Part shown: positions 1 to 12,028 of the stretch, one piece after another | Layout: each line of letters begins with the position of its first letter | Numbering within the stretch: the first letter of the stretch is position 1 | Assembly (NCBI GenBank): GCA_964202905.1 | Contig: CAXNJO010000001.1 | Coordinates: forward strand, 1-64,000 | DNA length: 64,000 bases | Reading direction: 5' to 3' | From: Polyangiales bacterium | GTDB taxonomy: Bacteria; Myxococcota_A; Polyangia; Polyangiales; JADJQN01 | Notes under the pieces: model-generated | What the model saw: the letters and a program-made list of their open reading frames with translations, nothing else | The model's database searches: none | Told to the model about the DNA's origin: nothing | Program-made: the position numbers and the translations under genes

Positions 1-2266
1 CGCAAATTGAACGGTGTAGTACCCGAGCGACCGTGGAACCGATGGGCCCATGTCGCCGTAGTCTACGAAGCTACCCATCACATCCCGATCGTCGAAGTGC
101 TCCACCCTGCTCACGCACGCCGACGTACTCGACAAGACCGAGCGAAGGCTCCGAATCGTCCCACGGCCGTCGTTGCGAAGCGTGATGTCGAAACGCACCC
201 GCTCTCCAGGCTCGATTCGCCCGTTGGCGTTGTTGACGGTGCTGAGCGAAGTACCGTCCGAAAGCGTGTGCGACACGTACACCGGAGACGAATCCGTCGG
301 TGTGACCATCACCGAGTAGCGCTGCATCCATCCATTGCCAGCAGCGTCGCTGAGGTTCAGCTCGAACATCACCGATGTCCCGGTCGAACACGTCGGCGCA
401 AATTGAACGGTGTAGTACCCGAGCGACCGTGGAACCGATGGGCCCATGTCGCCGTAGTCTACGAAGCTACCCATCACATCCCGATCGTCGAAGTGCTCCA
501 CCCTGCTCACGCACGCCGACGTACTCGACAAGACCGAGCGAAGGCTCCGAATCGTCCCACGGCCGTCGTTGCGAAGCGTGATGTCGAAACGCACCCGCTC
601 TCCAGGCTCGATTCGCCCGTTGGCGTTGTTGACGGTGCTGAGCGAAGTACCGTCCGAAAGCGTGTGCGACATGTACACCGGAGACGAATCCGTCGGTGTG
701 ACCATCACCGAGTAGCGCTGCATCCATCCATTGCCAGCAGCGTCGCTGAGGTTCAGCTCGAACATCACCGATGTCCCGGTCGAACACGTCGGCGCAAATT
801 GAACGGTGTAGTACCCGAGCGACCGTGGAACCGATGGGCCCATGTCGCCGTAGTCTACGAAGCTACCCATCACATCCCGATCGTCGAAGTGCTCCACCCT
901 GCTCACGCACGCCGACGTACTCGACAAGACCGAGCGAAGGCTCCGAATCGTCCCACGGCCGTCGTTGCGAAGCGTGATGTCGAAACGCACCCGCTCTCCA
1001 GGCTCGATTCGCCCGTTGGCGTTGTTGACGGTGCTGAGCGAAGTACCGTCCGAAAGCGTGTGCGACACGTACACCGGAGACGAATCCGTCGGTGTGACCA
1101 TCACCGAGTAGCGCTGCATCCATCCATTGCCAGCAGCGTCGCTGAGGTTCAGCTCGAACATCACCGATGTCCCGGTCGAACACGTCGGCGCAAATTGAAC
1201 GGTGTAGTACCCGAGCGACCGTGGAACCGATGGGCCCATGTCGCCGTAGTCTACGAAGCTACCCATCACATCCCGATCGTCGAAGTGCTCCACCCTGCTC
1301 ACGCACGCCGACGTACTCGACAAGACCGAGCGAAGGCTCCGAATCGTCCCACGGCCGTCGTTGCGAAGCGTGATGTCGAAACGCACCCGCTCTCCAGGCT
1401 CGATTCGCCCGTTGGCGTTGTTGACGGTGCTGAGCGAAGTACCGTCCGAAAGCGTGTGCGACATGTACACCGGAGACGAATCCGTCGGTGTGACCATCAC
1501 CGAGTAGCGCTGCATCCATCCATTGCCAGCAGCGTCGCTGAGGTTCAGCTCGAACATCACCGATGTCCCGGTCGAACACGTCGGCGCAAATTGAACGGTG
1601 TAGTACCCGAGCGACCGTGGAACCGATGGGCCCATGTCGCCGTAGTCTACGAAGCTACCCATCACATCCCGATCGTCGAAGTGCTCCACCCTGCTCACGC
1701 ACGCCGACGTACTCGACAAGACCGAGCGAAGGCTCCGAATCGTCCCACGGCCGTCGTTGCGAAGCGTGATGTCGAAACGCACCCGCTCTCCAGGCTCGAT
1801 TCGCCCGTTGGCGTTGTTGACGGTGCTGAGCGAAGTACCGTCCGAAAGCGTGTGCGACATGTACACCGGAGACGAATCCGTCGGTGTGACCATCACCGAG
1901 TAGCGCTGCATCCATCCATTGCCAGCAGCGTCGCTGAGGTTCAGCTCGAACATCACCGATGTCCCGGTCGAACACGTCGGCGCAAATTGAACGGTGTAGT
2001 ACCCGAGCGACCGTGGAACCGATGGGCCCATGTCGCCGTAGTCTACGAAGCTACCCATCACATCCCGATCGTCGAAGTGCTCCACCCTGCTCACGCACGC
2101 CGACGTACTCGACAAGACCGAGCGAAGGCTCCGAATCGTCCCACGGCCGTCGTTGCGAAGCGTGATGTCGAAACGCACCCGCTCTCCAGGCTCGATTCGC
2201 CCGTTGGCGTTGTTGACGGTGCTGAGCGAAGTACCGTCCGAAAGCGTGTGCGACACGTACACCGGA
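1..2266. repeat. Tandem direct repeat, 396-bp unit, at least 5.7 copies
   Basis: cgcaaattgaacgg recurs at 1, 397 ... 1981; identity ends at 2266. The only variant I spotted is cgacaCgtac/cgacaTgtac. Confidence 0.97.
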
Positions 2267-2418
2267 AGTGCGTTCGGAACCGAACCGGCGTCGAGAACGC
2301 TTCCGCCATCGATCAAGGGAGATTCCCTGTCGAAGGGGTTGTCACGTGCATAGCGGTTGCAGCCTGCTGCCAGGAGCAAGATCGCCACGAGGTGAAATTC
2401 AAAGATCCAGCGTCTCAT
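1..2418 (-). CDS. Lipoprotein with tandem 132-aa beta-rich (Ig-like) repeats; runs off the left edge
   Basis: Manual translation from ATG 2418: MRRWIFEFHLVAILLLAAG-CNRYARDNPFD (lipobox), then repeats of PVY[V/M]SHTLSDGTSLSTVNNANGRIEPGERVRFDITLRNDGRG...FELNLSDAAGNGWMQRYSVMVTPTDSS with no stop to base 1. Start overlaps the end of the upstream gene. Not in the ORF track. Confidence 0.85.
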   Translation of the reverse strand, partial: MRRWIFEFHLVAILLLAAGCNRYARDNPFDRESPLIDGGSVLDAGSVPNALPVYVSHTLSDGTSLSTVNNANGRIEPGERVRFDITLRNDGRGTIRSLRSVLSSTSACVSRVEHFDDRDVMGSFVDYGDMGPSVPRSLGYYTVQFAPTCSTGTSVMFELNLSDAAGNGWMQRYSVMVTPTDSSPVYMSHTLSDGTSLSTVNNANGRIEPGERVRFDITLRNDGRGTIRSLRSVLSSTSACVSRVEHFDDRDVMGSFVDYGDMGPSVPRSLGYYTVQFAPTCSTGTSVMFELNLSDAAGNGWMQRYSVMVTPTDSSPVYMSHTLSDGTSLSTVNNANGRIEPGERVRFDITLRNDGRGTIRSLRSVLSSTSACVSRVEHFDDRDVMGSFVDYGDMGPSVPRSLGYYTVQFAPTCSTGTSVMFELNLSDAAGNGWMQRYSVMVTPTDSSPVYVSHTLSDGTSLSTVNNANGRIEPGERVRFDITLRNDGRGTIRSLRSVLSSTSACVSRVEHFDDRDVMGSFVDYGDMGPSVPRSLGYYTVQFAPTCSTGTSVMFELNLSDAAGNGWMQRYSVMVTPTDSSPVYMSHTLSDGTSLSTVNNANGRIEPGERVRFDITLRNDGRGTIRSLRSVLSSTSACVSRVEHFDDRDVMGSFVDYGDMGPSVPRSLGYYTVQFAPTCSTGTSVMFELNLSDAAGNGWMQRYSVMVTPTDSSPVYVSHTLSDGTSLSTVNNANGRIEPGERVRFDITLRNDGRGTIRSLRSVLSSTSACVSRVEHFDDRDVMGSFVDYGDMGPSVPRSLGYYTVQFA

Positions 2419-3748
2419 GATTCCACTCTTGTACGCCCTTGAACGCATCGATGAGGTTGACGATCCAGAACACGCCCGCCACCACTAGACACGTAACTGC
2501 ACCTGCGTAACGCCCCATGACCCTGTCATAAGCGGTGTCGGCGGCCGCAGGGTCGGTCACGGCGAGATACTCCGCATAGCCGCGGTCTGCGGCATGGAGG
2601 AGGTAAACTCCGCTCGCGGCGAGCGAGCCAACGCCTGCGAACGCGAGGAAGCTGGCCACGCCACGCCCCGTGTACAGCTGCCCGAGGCCAGGCACGACGG
2701 ACAAGGTCAACGCCAGCCCGGGAAGTTTCCGGCGCCCCTCGATCCGAGCAAGCCCCGCGCGGGCCTCGGGAAGCTCAACTCTGGAGAGCGCGGCTCGAAA
2801 GCTCGACGACGCAGCAGAAAAACTCTCACGCGCCTCCAATTCGAGCCCAGCATTCAAGAACCCGTCGGCTCGGACACGGCGCTCGGTGGAGTCGAGAGAC
2901 GATCGCAACTCCGAGAGTTCAGTTTCCTGCAGACCGATCACGGGCGTAGCGAGATCGGCGACCCACGAACGTGCTCGCGCAAAGTCGTTCGCAGCGATGG
3001 AGGCCCGGAACTCGTTGGTCAGCGCGCGGATGAACCGCGGGCGGAGTAGCATCAGCAGACGAGTTCGTTCACGGTCTGACACGGGCGCGCTCTGTATATC
3101 CCGGAATACAGCCTGAACCTGCTCTGGCCGAGCATCGTCAGGAAGAGTGCCCACGGTACCGCGCAACGCGACGAGGCGTCGTTCGACGGCCGCCTCAAGG
3201 TCGGCTCGACGAGCCGCTTCTTCCGCCTGTATGGCTCGCTGCTCCGCAGCGGCCTCACATCGCTGGAGTTCGTATTCCTCGTCGTCCCCCGGACAACGTC
3301 GTGACTCGCTCTCCTCTTCTCCCTCGGACCACTCGGATTCGTTGTCTTGCTCGCGTGGCGGCGGACCCAGCGGAGCGCAGCGCGCGCGGCACGGCTGTAG
3401 TAGTTCACTACCGCACCGACCCAACGCGTAAGGGCGCTTCCGATTGGCGCGCACGCAGGCAGAATGCCGGACGAAACAGGCGTCTTCGCAATCCTGCAAA
3501 CGTCTGAGCGAGATTGCGTCCGCCCGTGCTCGGGCCGCGCTCGCCCGCGCCTCCGCTGCCTCACTGCTCTCACGACAGCGTTCCTGCTGCCCGCGGCTGC
3601 GTTCGTACGCGTCGCGCTCTACAACACACTCGCGAACCTGCGCGAGCGCAGCCGTCGACCACGCGAACAACGCGACGACCAGACACACCCATCCTGCGCT
3701 CAAGGACAAGGTCAGCGCTGTGCTGACCGCACCATCGTCGGGGGCCAT
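2399..3748 (-). CDS. Hypothetical exported/membrane protein (signal peptide, Cys-rich and coiled-coil regions, C-terminal TM segments)
   Basis: 449 aa; hydrophobic N-terminus; C-terminal LSVVPGLGQLYTGR (TM2/DUF5683-like) followed by two TM helices. Confidence 0.7.
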   Translation of the reverse strand: MAPDDGAVSTALTLSLSAGWVCLVVALFAWSTAALAQVRECVVERDAYERSRGQQERCRESSEAAEARASAARARADAISLRRLQDCEDACFVRHSACVRANRKRPYALGRCGSELLQPCRARCAPLGPPPREQDNESEWSEGEEESESRRCPGDDEEYELQRCEAAAEQRAIQAEEAARRADLEAAVERRLVALRGTVGTLPDDARPEQVQAVFRDIQSAPVSDRERTRLLMLLRPRFIRALTNEFRASIAANDFARARSWVADLATPVIGLQETELSELRSSLDSTERRVRADGFLNAGLELEARESFSAASSSFRAALSRVELPEARAGLARIEGRRKLPGLALTLSVVPGLGQLYTGRGVASFLAFAGVGSLAASGVYLLHAADRGYAEYLAVTDPAAADTAYDRVMGRYAGAVTCLVVAGVFWIVNLIDAFKGVQEWNHETLDL

Positions 3749-3753
3749 AGAGG

Positions 3754-3786
3754 CTTATAACACCGCAACAGCCCTGTTGCTGTCAA
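3754..3786 (-). promoter_or_regulatory. Putative promoter with palindromic operator
   Basis: On the minus strand: TTGACA (3786-3781), perfect inverted repeat GCAACAG-N2-CTGTTGC (3765-3780), and TG-T-TATAAG ending 5 nt before ATG 3748. The -35/-10 spacing is long (21 nt). Confidence 0.45.
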
Positions 3787-3975
3787 GGTTCACCGGCGTC
3801 GGGCGCGCAGCCGACCCTGCCATGCATCCCGGAGCGAGTAGGTGCCATATGGCTGCAATCCGAGCACGTGGCTGAGTCGCAGCAGGCGCCTCGACGGCAG
3901 CCACCGCCGCGGCAGCCCGGCGCGTGACGACCCGCATTGCCGGGCGCTGCGACCCGGCGCACGTTCCGGCCCGCC

Positions 3976-6939
<2,964 letters not shown>

Positions 6940-6979
6940 GCCGCAGCGCGAGCGACGCGCCGGCCTCCGGGCGCGCCGC

Positions 6980-8581
6980 TCAGAGCCGCAACACCCGCAC
7001 CGCGCGGCCGTTCGCCGTCGAATGTGCCTCTTCGCGCACACGCTCCTCGAGCGGTGGCGCATCGCTGCGCCGGTCGAAGAGCACGAGCACGCCCGCATCG
7101 AGGCCGACCCGCGCGAGGTATTCGTCGAGCTGCACGAGGCCTTCGGCGAGCGGGTCTTTGCGCTTGTCGCGCCAGACCTTCATCTCGATCGCTTCGCGCT
7201 GGAGCTGCTGTTTTCCCGCCGCATCCGAATACGGCCATTCGATCAGCAGATCGATGCGGCGGCGGCCAATGCCGTATTCGCGCGACACCAGCCCACCACC
7301 GTTCACGACGCGTTGCAGATAGGCCATCAGCACGAGCTGTGCGCCTGATTCCGCGTACGTCGCGCCCTCGGTCATCGACTCGCCCTGTTCGACCCAGAAG
7401 GCCGCGAACTCACGCAGCAGAACATCGATGTCGAAGCGCCCATCGGCGCGCACGAAGCGGCGCGGATCGGCGGTCACGCTGCTCTGCGCCGACGCCGAGA
7501 GCACGCGCGCGATTACCTCGCGGTAGATGTCGTTCGCGACGCGCAGCGGGGGATTCTTCACGAGCCCGAGGTCGACGACGTAGGAGACATCGTCGTTGAA
7601 CACCGGGTCGACCGGCGCCAACTCGCCCGCGAACAGCGGCCCGATCACGCGCCGCACGCGCGGCTCGGCGAGCTTGCTCGCGAGCGAGTCGAGGTGCGTC
7701 GCGCGGGCGAGGATCAAGCGCTCTTTCGCCATCTCGACGTGCGCGCGCTCGATGGCGCCCGTCACGCCCATCTCGCTCACGGCCTCGTTGGCGAGCGCGT
7801 TCACGAGCCACGGCTGGCCACCGGCGAGCTCGGAGAGCCGCGTGAGCGCGTCGTCGGAGCACATTTGCCCAGTCGCCGCGGAGTGCTGTTCCACGAGCGC
7901 CCGCACCTCCGCGTCGCTGAACGTGCCGAGCGTCAGCGACTTCAGCTTCACGTTGAACGGGCTCGCCGTACCGAGCCGATTCGCGTCACCGCCGCTCGCC
8001 ATCTTGTAGTCGCGCACATCGCGCAGGCCGCACAGCATCACCGACCACGGCGCCCGCGCGGGGCGATCGGGGAAGCCCGCGCGCAGCTGGCGCAGCACGG
8101 CGATGAGGCTCTGGCCGCGCAGCGCGTCGATCTCGTCGAGGAGCAGCACCACGCGCCGCGGGCACCTCACGCACCAGGCCGCGAGCACGTCGGTGAGCAG
8201 CGACTGCGAGTCGAGGCGCTCGGGGAGCGCCGCCGGCCGCAGCGCCGGAGGGAGCTGCGCGTCGGCCTCCTGCGCGAGCCGTCGCACCAGCGTCTCCTGG
8301 GCCGCGACGGTGTCGTCCCCCGCCGCCTCGGCCGCCTCGCAGCTCATGTAGAGCGCGGCGTAGTCCTCGCCCGCCGAGAGCGACTTCGCGAAGGCCCGCA
8401 GGAACGTCGTCTTCCCCGACTGCCGCGGCGCATGGAGGACGAAGTAGCCCCCCATCGCCACGATCCCCGGCGCCTCGGGCACGCGCGGGAGCGGCGGCAC
8501 CATGTAGTGCTGATGCTCCTCGCACGGCCCCGTCGTGTTGAAGTACTTCGGAATCGGCGGATAGACGCGCTTCTCGACCAT
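6980..8581 (-). CDS. AAA-family ATPase with C-terminal PD-(D/E)XK nuclease-like domain, copy 1 (intact)
   Basis: FNTTGPC, Walker A APRQSGKTT, Walker B LLLDEID, C-terminal REY..GRRRIDLLI...EMKVW...QLDEYL. Confidence 0.85.
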   Translation of the reverse strand: MVEKRVYPPIPKYFNTTGPCEEHQHYMVPPLPRVPEAPGIVAMGGYFVLHAPRQSGKTTFLRAFAKSLSAGEDYAALYMSCEAAEAAGDDTVAAQETLVRRLAQEADAQLPPALRPAALPERLDSQSLLTDVLAAWCVRCPRRVVLLLDEIDALRGQSLIAVLRQLRAGFPDRPARAPWSVMLCGLRDVRDYKMASGGDANRLGTASPFNVKLKSLTLGTFSDAEVRALVEQHSAATGQMCSDDALTRLSELAGGQPWLVNALANEAVSEMGVTGAIERAHVEMAKERLILARATHLDSLASKLAEPRVRRVIGPLFAGELAPVDPVFNDDVSYVVDLGLVKNPPLRVANDIYREVIARVLSASAQSSVTADPRRFVRADGRFDIDVLLREFAAFWVEQGESMTEGATYAESGAQLVLMAYLQRVVNGGGLVSREYGIGRRRIDLLIEWPYSDAAGKQQLQREAIEMKVWRDKRKDPLAEGLVQLDEYLARVGLDAGVLVLFDRRSDAPPLEERVREEAHSTANGRAVRVLRL

Positions 8582-8624
8582 GACCGCGCGCAGCGTATCA
8601 CCGTGGGAGGCGGGGCGTGTTCGC

Positions 8625-10227
8625 TCAGAGCCGCAACACCCGCACCGCGCGGCCGTTCGCCGTCGAATGTGCCTCTTCGCGCACACGCTCCTCGAGCGGT
8701 GGCGCGTCGCTGCGCCGGTCGAAGAGCACGAGCACGCCGGCATCGAGCCCGACGCGCGCGAGGTATTCGTCGAGCTGCACGAGCCCCTCGGCGAGCGGGT
8801 CTTTGCGCTTGTCGCGCCAGACCTTCATCTCGAGGGCTTCGCGCTGGAGCTGCTGTTTGCCGGCGGCGTCGGAATACGGCCATTCGATGAGCAGATCGAT
8901 GCGGCGGCGGCCAATGCCGTATTCGCGCGACACCACCCCACCGCCGTTCACGACGCGCTGCAGATACGCCATCAGCACGAGCTGTGCGCCGGATTCGGCG
9001 TACGTCGCGCCCTCGGTCATCGACTCGCCCTGCTCGACCCAGAAGGCCGCGAACTCACGCAGCAGAACATCGATGTCGAAGCGCCCATCGGCCCGCACGA
9101 AGCGGCGCGGATCGGCGGTGACGCTCTGCTGCGCGGCGCTCGAGAGCACGCGCGCGACGACCTCCTGGTAGATGGGATTCGCCATGCGCAGCGGCCGGCT
9201 CTTCACGAGGCCGAGGTCGACGACATAGGAGACGTCGTCGTCGAACACGTCGTCGACCGGCGCGATTTCGCCCGCGAGCAGCGGCCCGATCACGCGTCGC
9301 ACGCGCGGCTCGGCGAGCTTGCTCGCGAGCGAGTCGAGGTGCGTCGCGCGGGCGAGGATCAAGCGCTCTTTCGCCATCTCGACGTGCGCGCGCTCGATGG
9401 GGCCGGTGATGCGCATCTTCGACACGATCTCCCACGCGAGCGCGTTCACGAGCCACGGCTGGCCACCGGCGAGCTCGGAGAGACGCGTGAGCGCGTCGTC
9501 GGAGAACATTTGCCCAGTCGCCGCGGCGTGCTGTTCCACGAGCGCTCGCACCTCGGCGTCGCTGAACGTGCCGAGCGTGAGCGACTCGAGTTTCACGTTG
9601 AACGGGCTCGCGGTGCCGAGCCGATTCGCGTCACCGCCGCTCGCCATCTTGTAGTCCCGCACATCGCGCAGGCCGCACAGCATCACCGACCACGGCGCAC
9701 GCGCGGGGCGATCGGGGAAGCCCGCGCGCAGCTGGCGCAGCACGGCGATGAGGCTCTGGCCGCGCAGCGCGTCGATCTCGTCGAGGAGCAGCACCACGCG
9801 CCGCGGGCAGCGGGCGCACCACGCCGCGAGCACGTCGGTGAGCAGCGACTGCGAGTCGAGGCGCTCGGGGAGCGCCGCCGGGCCGCAGCGCCGGAGGGAG
9901 CTGCGCGTCGGCCTCCTGCGCGAGCCGTCGCACCAGCGTCTCCTGGGCCGCGACGGTGTCGTCCCCCGCCGCCTCGGCCGCCTCGCAGCTCATGTAGAGC
10001 GCGGCGTAGTCCTCGCCCGCCGAGAGCGACTTCGCGAAGGCCCGCAGGAACGTCGTCTTCCCCGACTGCCGCGGCGCATGGAGGACGAAGTAGCCCCCCA
10101 TCGCCACGATCCCCGGCGCCTCGGGCACGCGCGGGAGCGGCGGCACCATGTAGTGCTGATGCTCCTCGCACGGCCCCGTCGTGTTGAAGTACTTCGGAAT
10201 CGGCGGATAGACGCGCTTCTCGACCAT
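8625..10227 (-). pseudogene. AAA-ATPase/PD-(D/E)XK nuclease, copy 2 (one frameshift near 9881, possibly a sequence error)
   Basis: Near-identical to copy 1; an extra g (gccgccgggccgc versus gccgccggccgc) splits it over ORFs 9631-10389 and 8625-9833. Confidence 0.75.
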
Positions 10228-10270
10228 GACCGCGCGCAGCGTATCACCGTGGGAGGCGGGGCGTGTTCGC

Positions 10271-11882
10271 TCAGAGCCGCAACACCCGCACCGCGCGGCC
10301 GTTCGCCGTCGAGTGCGCCTCTTCGCGTACGCGCTCCTCGAGCGGCGGCGCGTCGCTGCGCCGGTCGAAGAGCACGAGCACGCCCGCATCGAGGCCGACC
10401 CGCGCGAGGTATTCGTCGAGCTGCACGAGCCCCTCGGCGAGCGGGTCTTTGCGCTTGTCGCGCCACACCTTCATCTCGAGGGCTTCGCGCTGGAGCTGCT
10501 GTTTGCCGGCGGCGTCCGAATACGGCCATTCGATGAGCAGATCGATGCGGCGGCGGCCAATGCCGTATTCGCGCGACACCACCCCACCGCCGTTCACGAC
10601 GCGCTGCAGATACGCCATCAGCACGAGCTGTGCGCCGGATTCGCGCGTACGTCGCGCCCTCGGTCATCGACTCGCCCTGCTCGACCCAAAAGGCCGCGAA
10701 CTCACGCAGCAGAACATCGATGTCGAAGCGCCCATCGGCGCGCACGAAGCGGCGCGGATCGGCGGTGACGCTCTGCTGCGCGGCGCTCGAGAGCACGCGC
10801 GCGACGACCTCCTGGTAGATGGGATTCGCCATGCGCAGCGGCCGGCTCTTCACGAGGCCGAGGTCGACGACATAGGAGACGTCGTCGTCGAACACGTCGT
10901 CGACCGGCGCGATTTCGCCGGCGAGCAGCGGCCCGATCACGCGCCGCACGCGCGGCTCGGCGAGCTTGCTCGCGAGCGAGTCGAGGTGCGTCGCGCGGGC
11001 GAGGATCAAGCGCTCTTTCGCCATCTCGACGTGCGCGCGCTCGATGGGGCCGGTGATGCGCATCTTCGACACGATCTCCCACGCGAGCGCGTTCACGAGC
11101 CACGGCTGGCCACCGGCGAGCTCGGAGAGACGCGTGAGCGCGTCGTCGGAGAACATCTGCCCCGTCGCCGCGGCGTGCTGTTCCACGAGCGCACGCACCT
11201 CGGCGTCGCTGAACGTGCCGAGCGTGAGCGACTCGAGCTTCACGTTGAACGGGCTCGCGGTGCCGAGCCGGTTCGCGTCGCCGCCGCTCGCCGTCTTGTA
11301 GTCCCGCACATCGCGCAGGCCGCACAGCATCACGGACCACGGCGCATGGCCCGGCCGCTTCGGGAAGCCCGCGCGGAGCTGCCGCAGCACCGCGATGAGG
11401 CTCTGCCCGCGCAGCGCGTCGATCTCGTCGAGCAGCAGCACCACGCGCCGCGGGCAGCGGGCGCACCACGCTGCGAGCGTCATCCGTGAGCAGCGTCGTC
11501 CGAGTCGAGCGCGTCCGGCGGAGCGGCGCCGGGACGCAGCGCCGCGGGCAGCTGCAGCGCGCGCCTCCGCGACGAGGTCCGCGCACCAGCGATCTCCTGG
11601 GCCGCCACGGTGTCGTCCCCCGCGGCCTCCGCCGCCTCGCAGCTCATGTAGAGCGCGGCGTAGTCCTCGCCTACGGAGAGCGACTTCGCGAAGGCACGCA
11701 GGAACGTCGTCTTCCCCGACTGCCGCGGCGCGTGGAGGACGAAAGTAGCCCCCCATCGCCACGATCCCCGGCGCCTCGGGCACGCGCGGGAGCGGCGGCA
11801 CCATGTAGTGCTGATGCTCCTCGCACGGCCCCGTCGTGTTGAAGTACTTCGGAATCGGCGGATAGACGCGCTTCTCGACCAT
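10271..11882 (-). pseudogene. AAA-ATPase/PD-(D/E)XK nuclease, copy 3 (several frameshifts)
   Basis: Same motifs spread over ORFs 9990-11996, 11480-11938 and 10271-10624; indels near 11743, 11480-11600 and 10645. Confidence 0.75.
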
Positions 11883-12028
11883 GACCGCGCGCAGCGTATC
11901 ACCGCGGAACGCGGAGCTGAGCCGTCGCGACGGCTCATTCGCCCGCTCCCGCGCGAGACCCGGGGTCAGGAGATCGAGCGGGGCGCGGTCGGTCAAGGCT
12001 CCGAGTACGAAGCTGGCGTAGCGTCACA

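Larger units (their letters stand above)
6980..11904. repeat. Tandem gene triplication, period ~1645 bp
   Basis: Stops at 6980, 8625 and 10271; the spacers between copies match. Confidence 0.92.

Noticed and set aside
1..2266. CRISPR or mobile-element interpretation of the repeat
   Set aside because: The unit is 396 bp, in frame and has no spacers; no cas or transposase genes are visible.
7..2442. 811-aa plus-strand repeat ORF and the small 68/106-aa repeat ORFs
   Set aside because: Arg/His/Val-rich antisense shadow; the minus frame has a lipobox, domain-like sequence and a coupled start.
6980..11904. Insertion sequences or a DGR cassette
   Set aside because: No transposase, terminal inverted repeats or reverse transcriptase seen; differences are not obviously adenine-specific.
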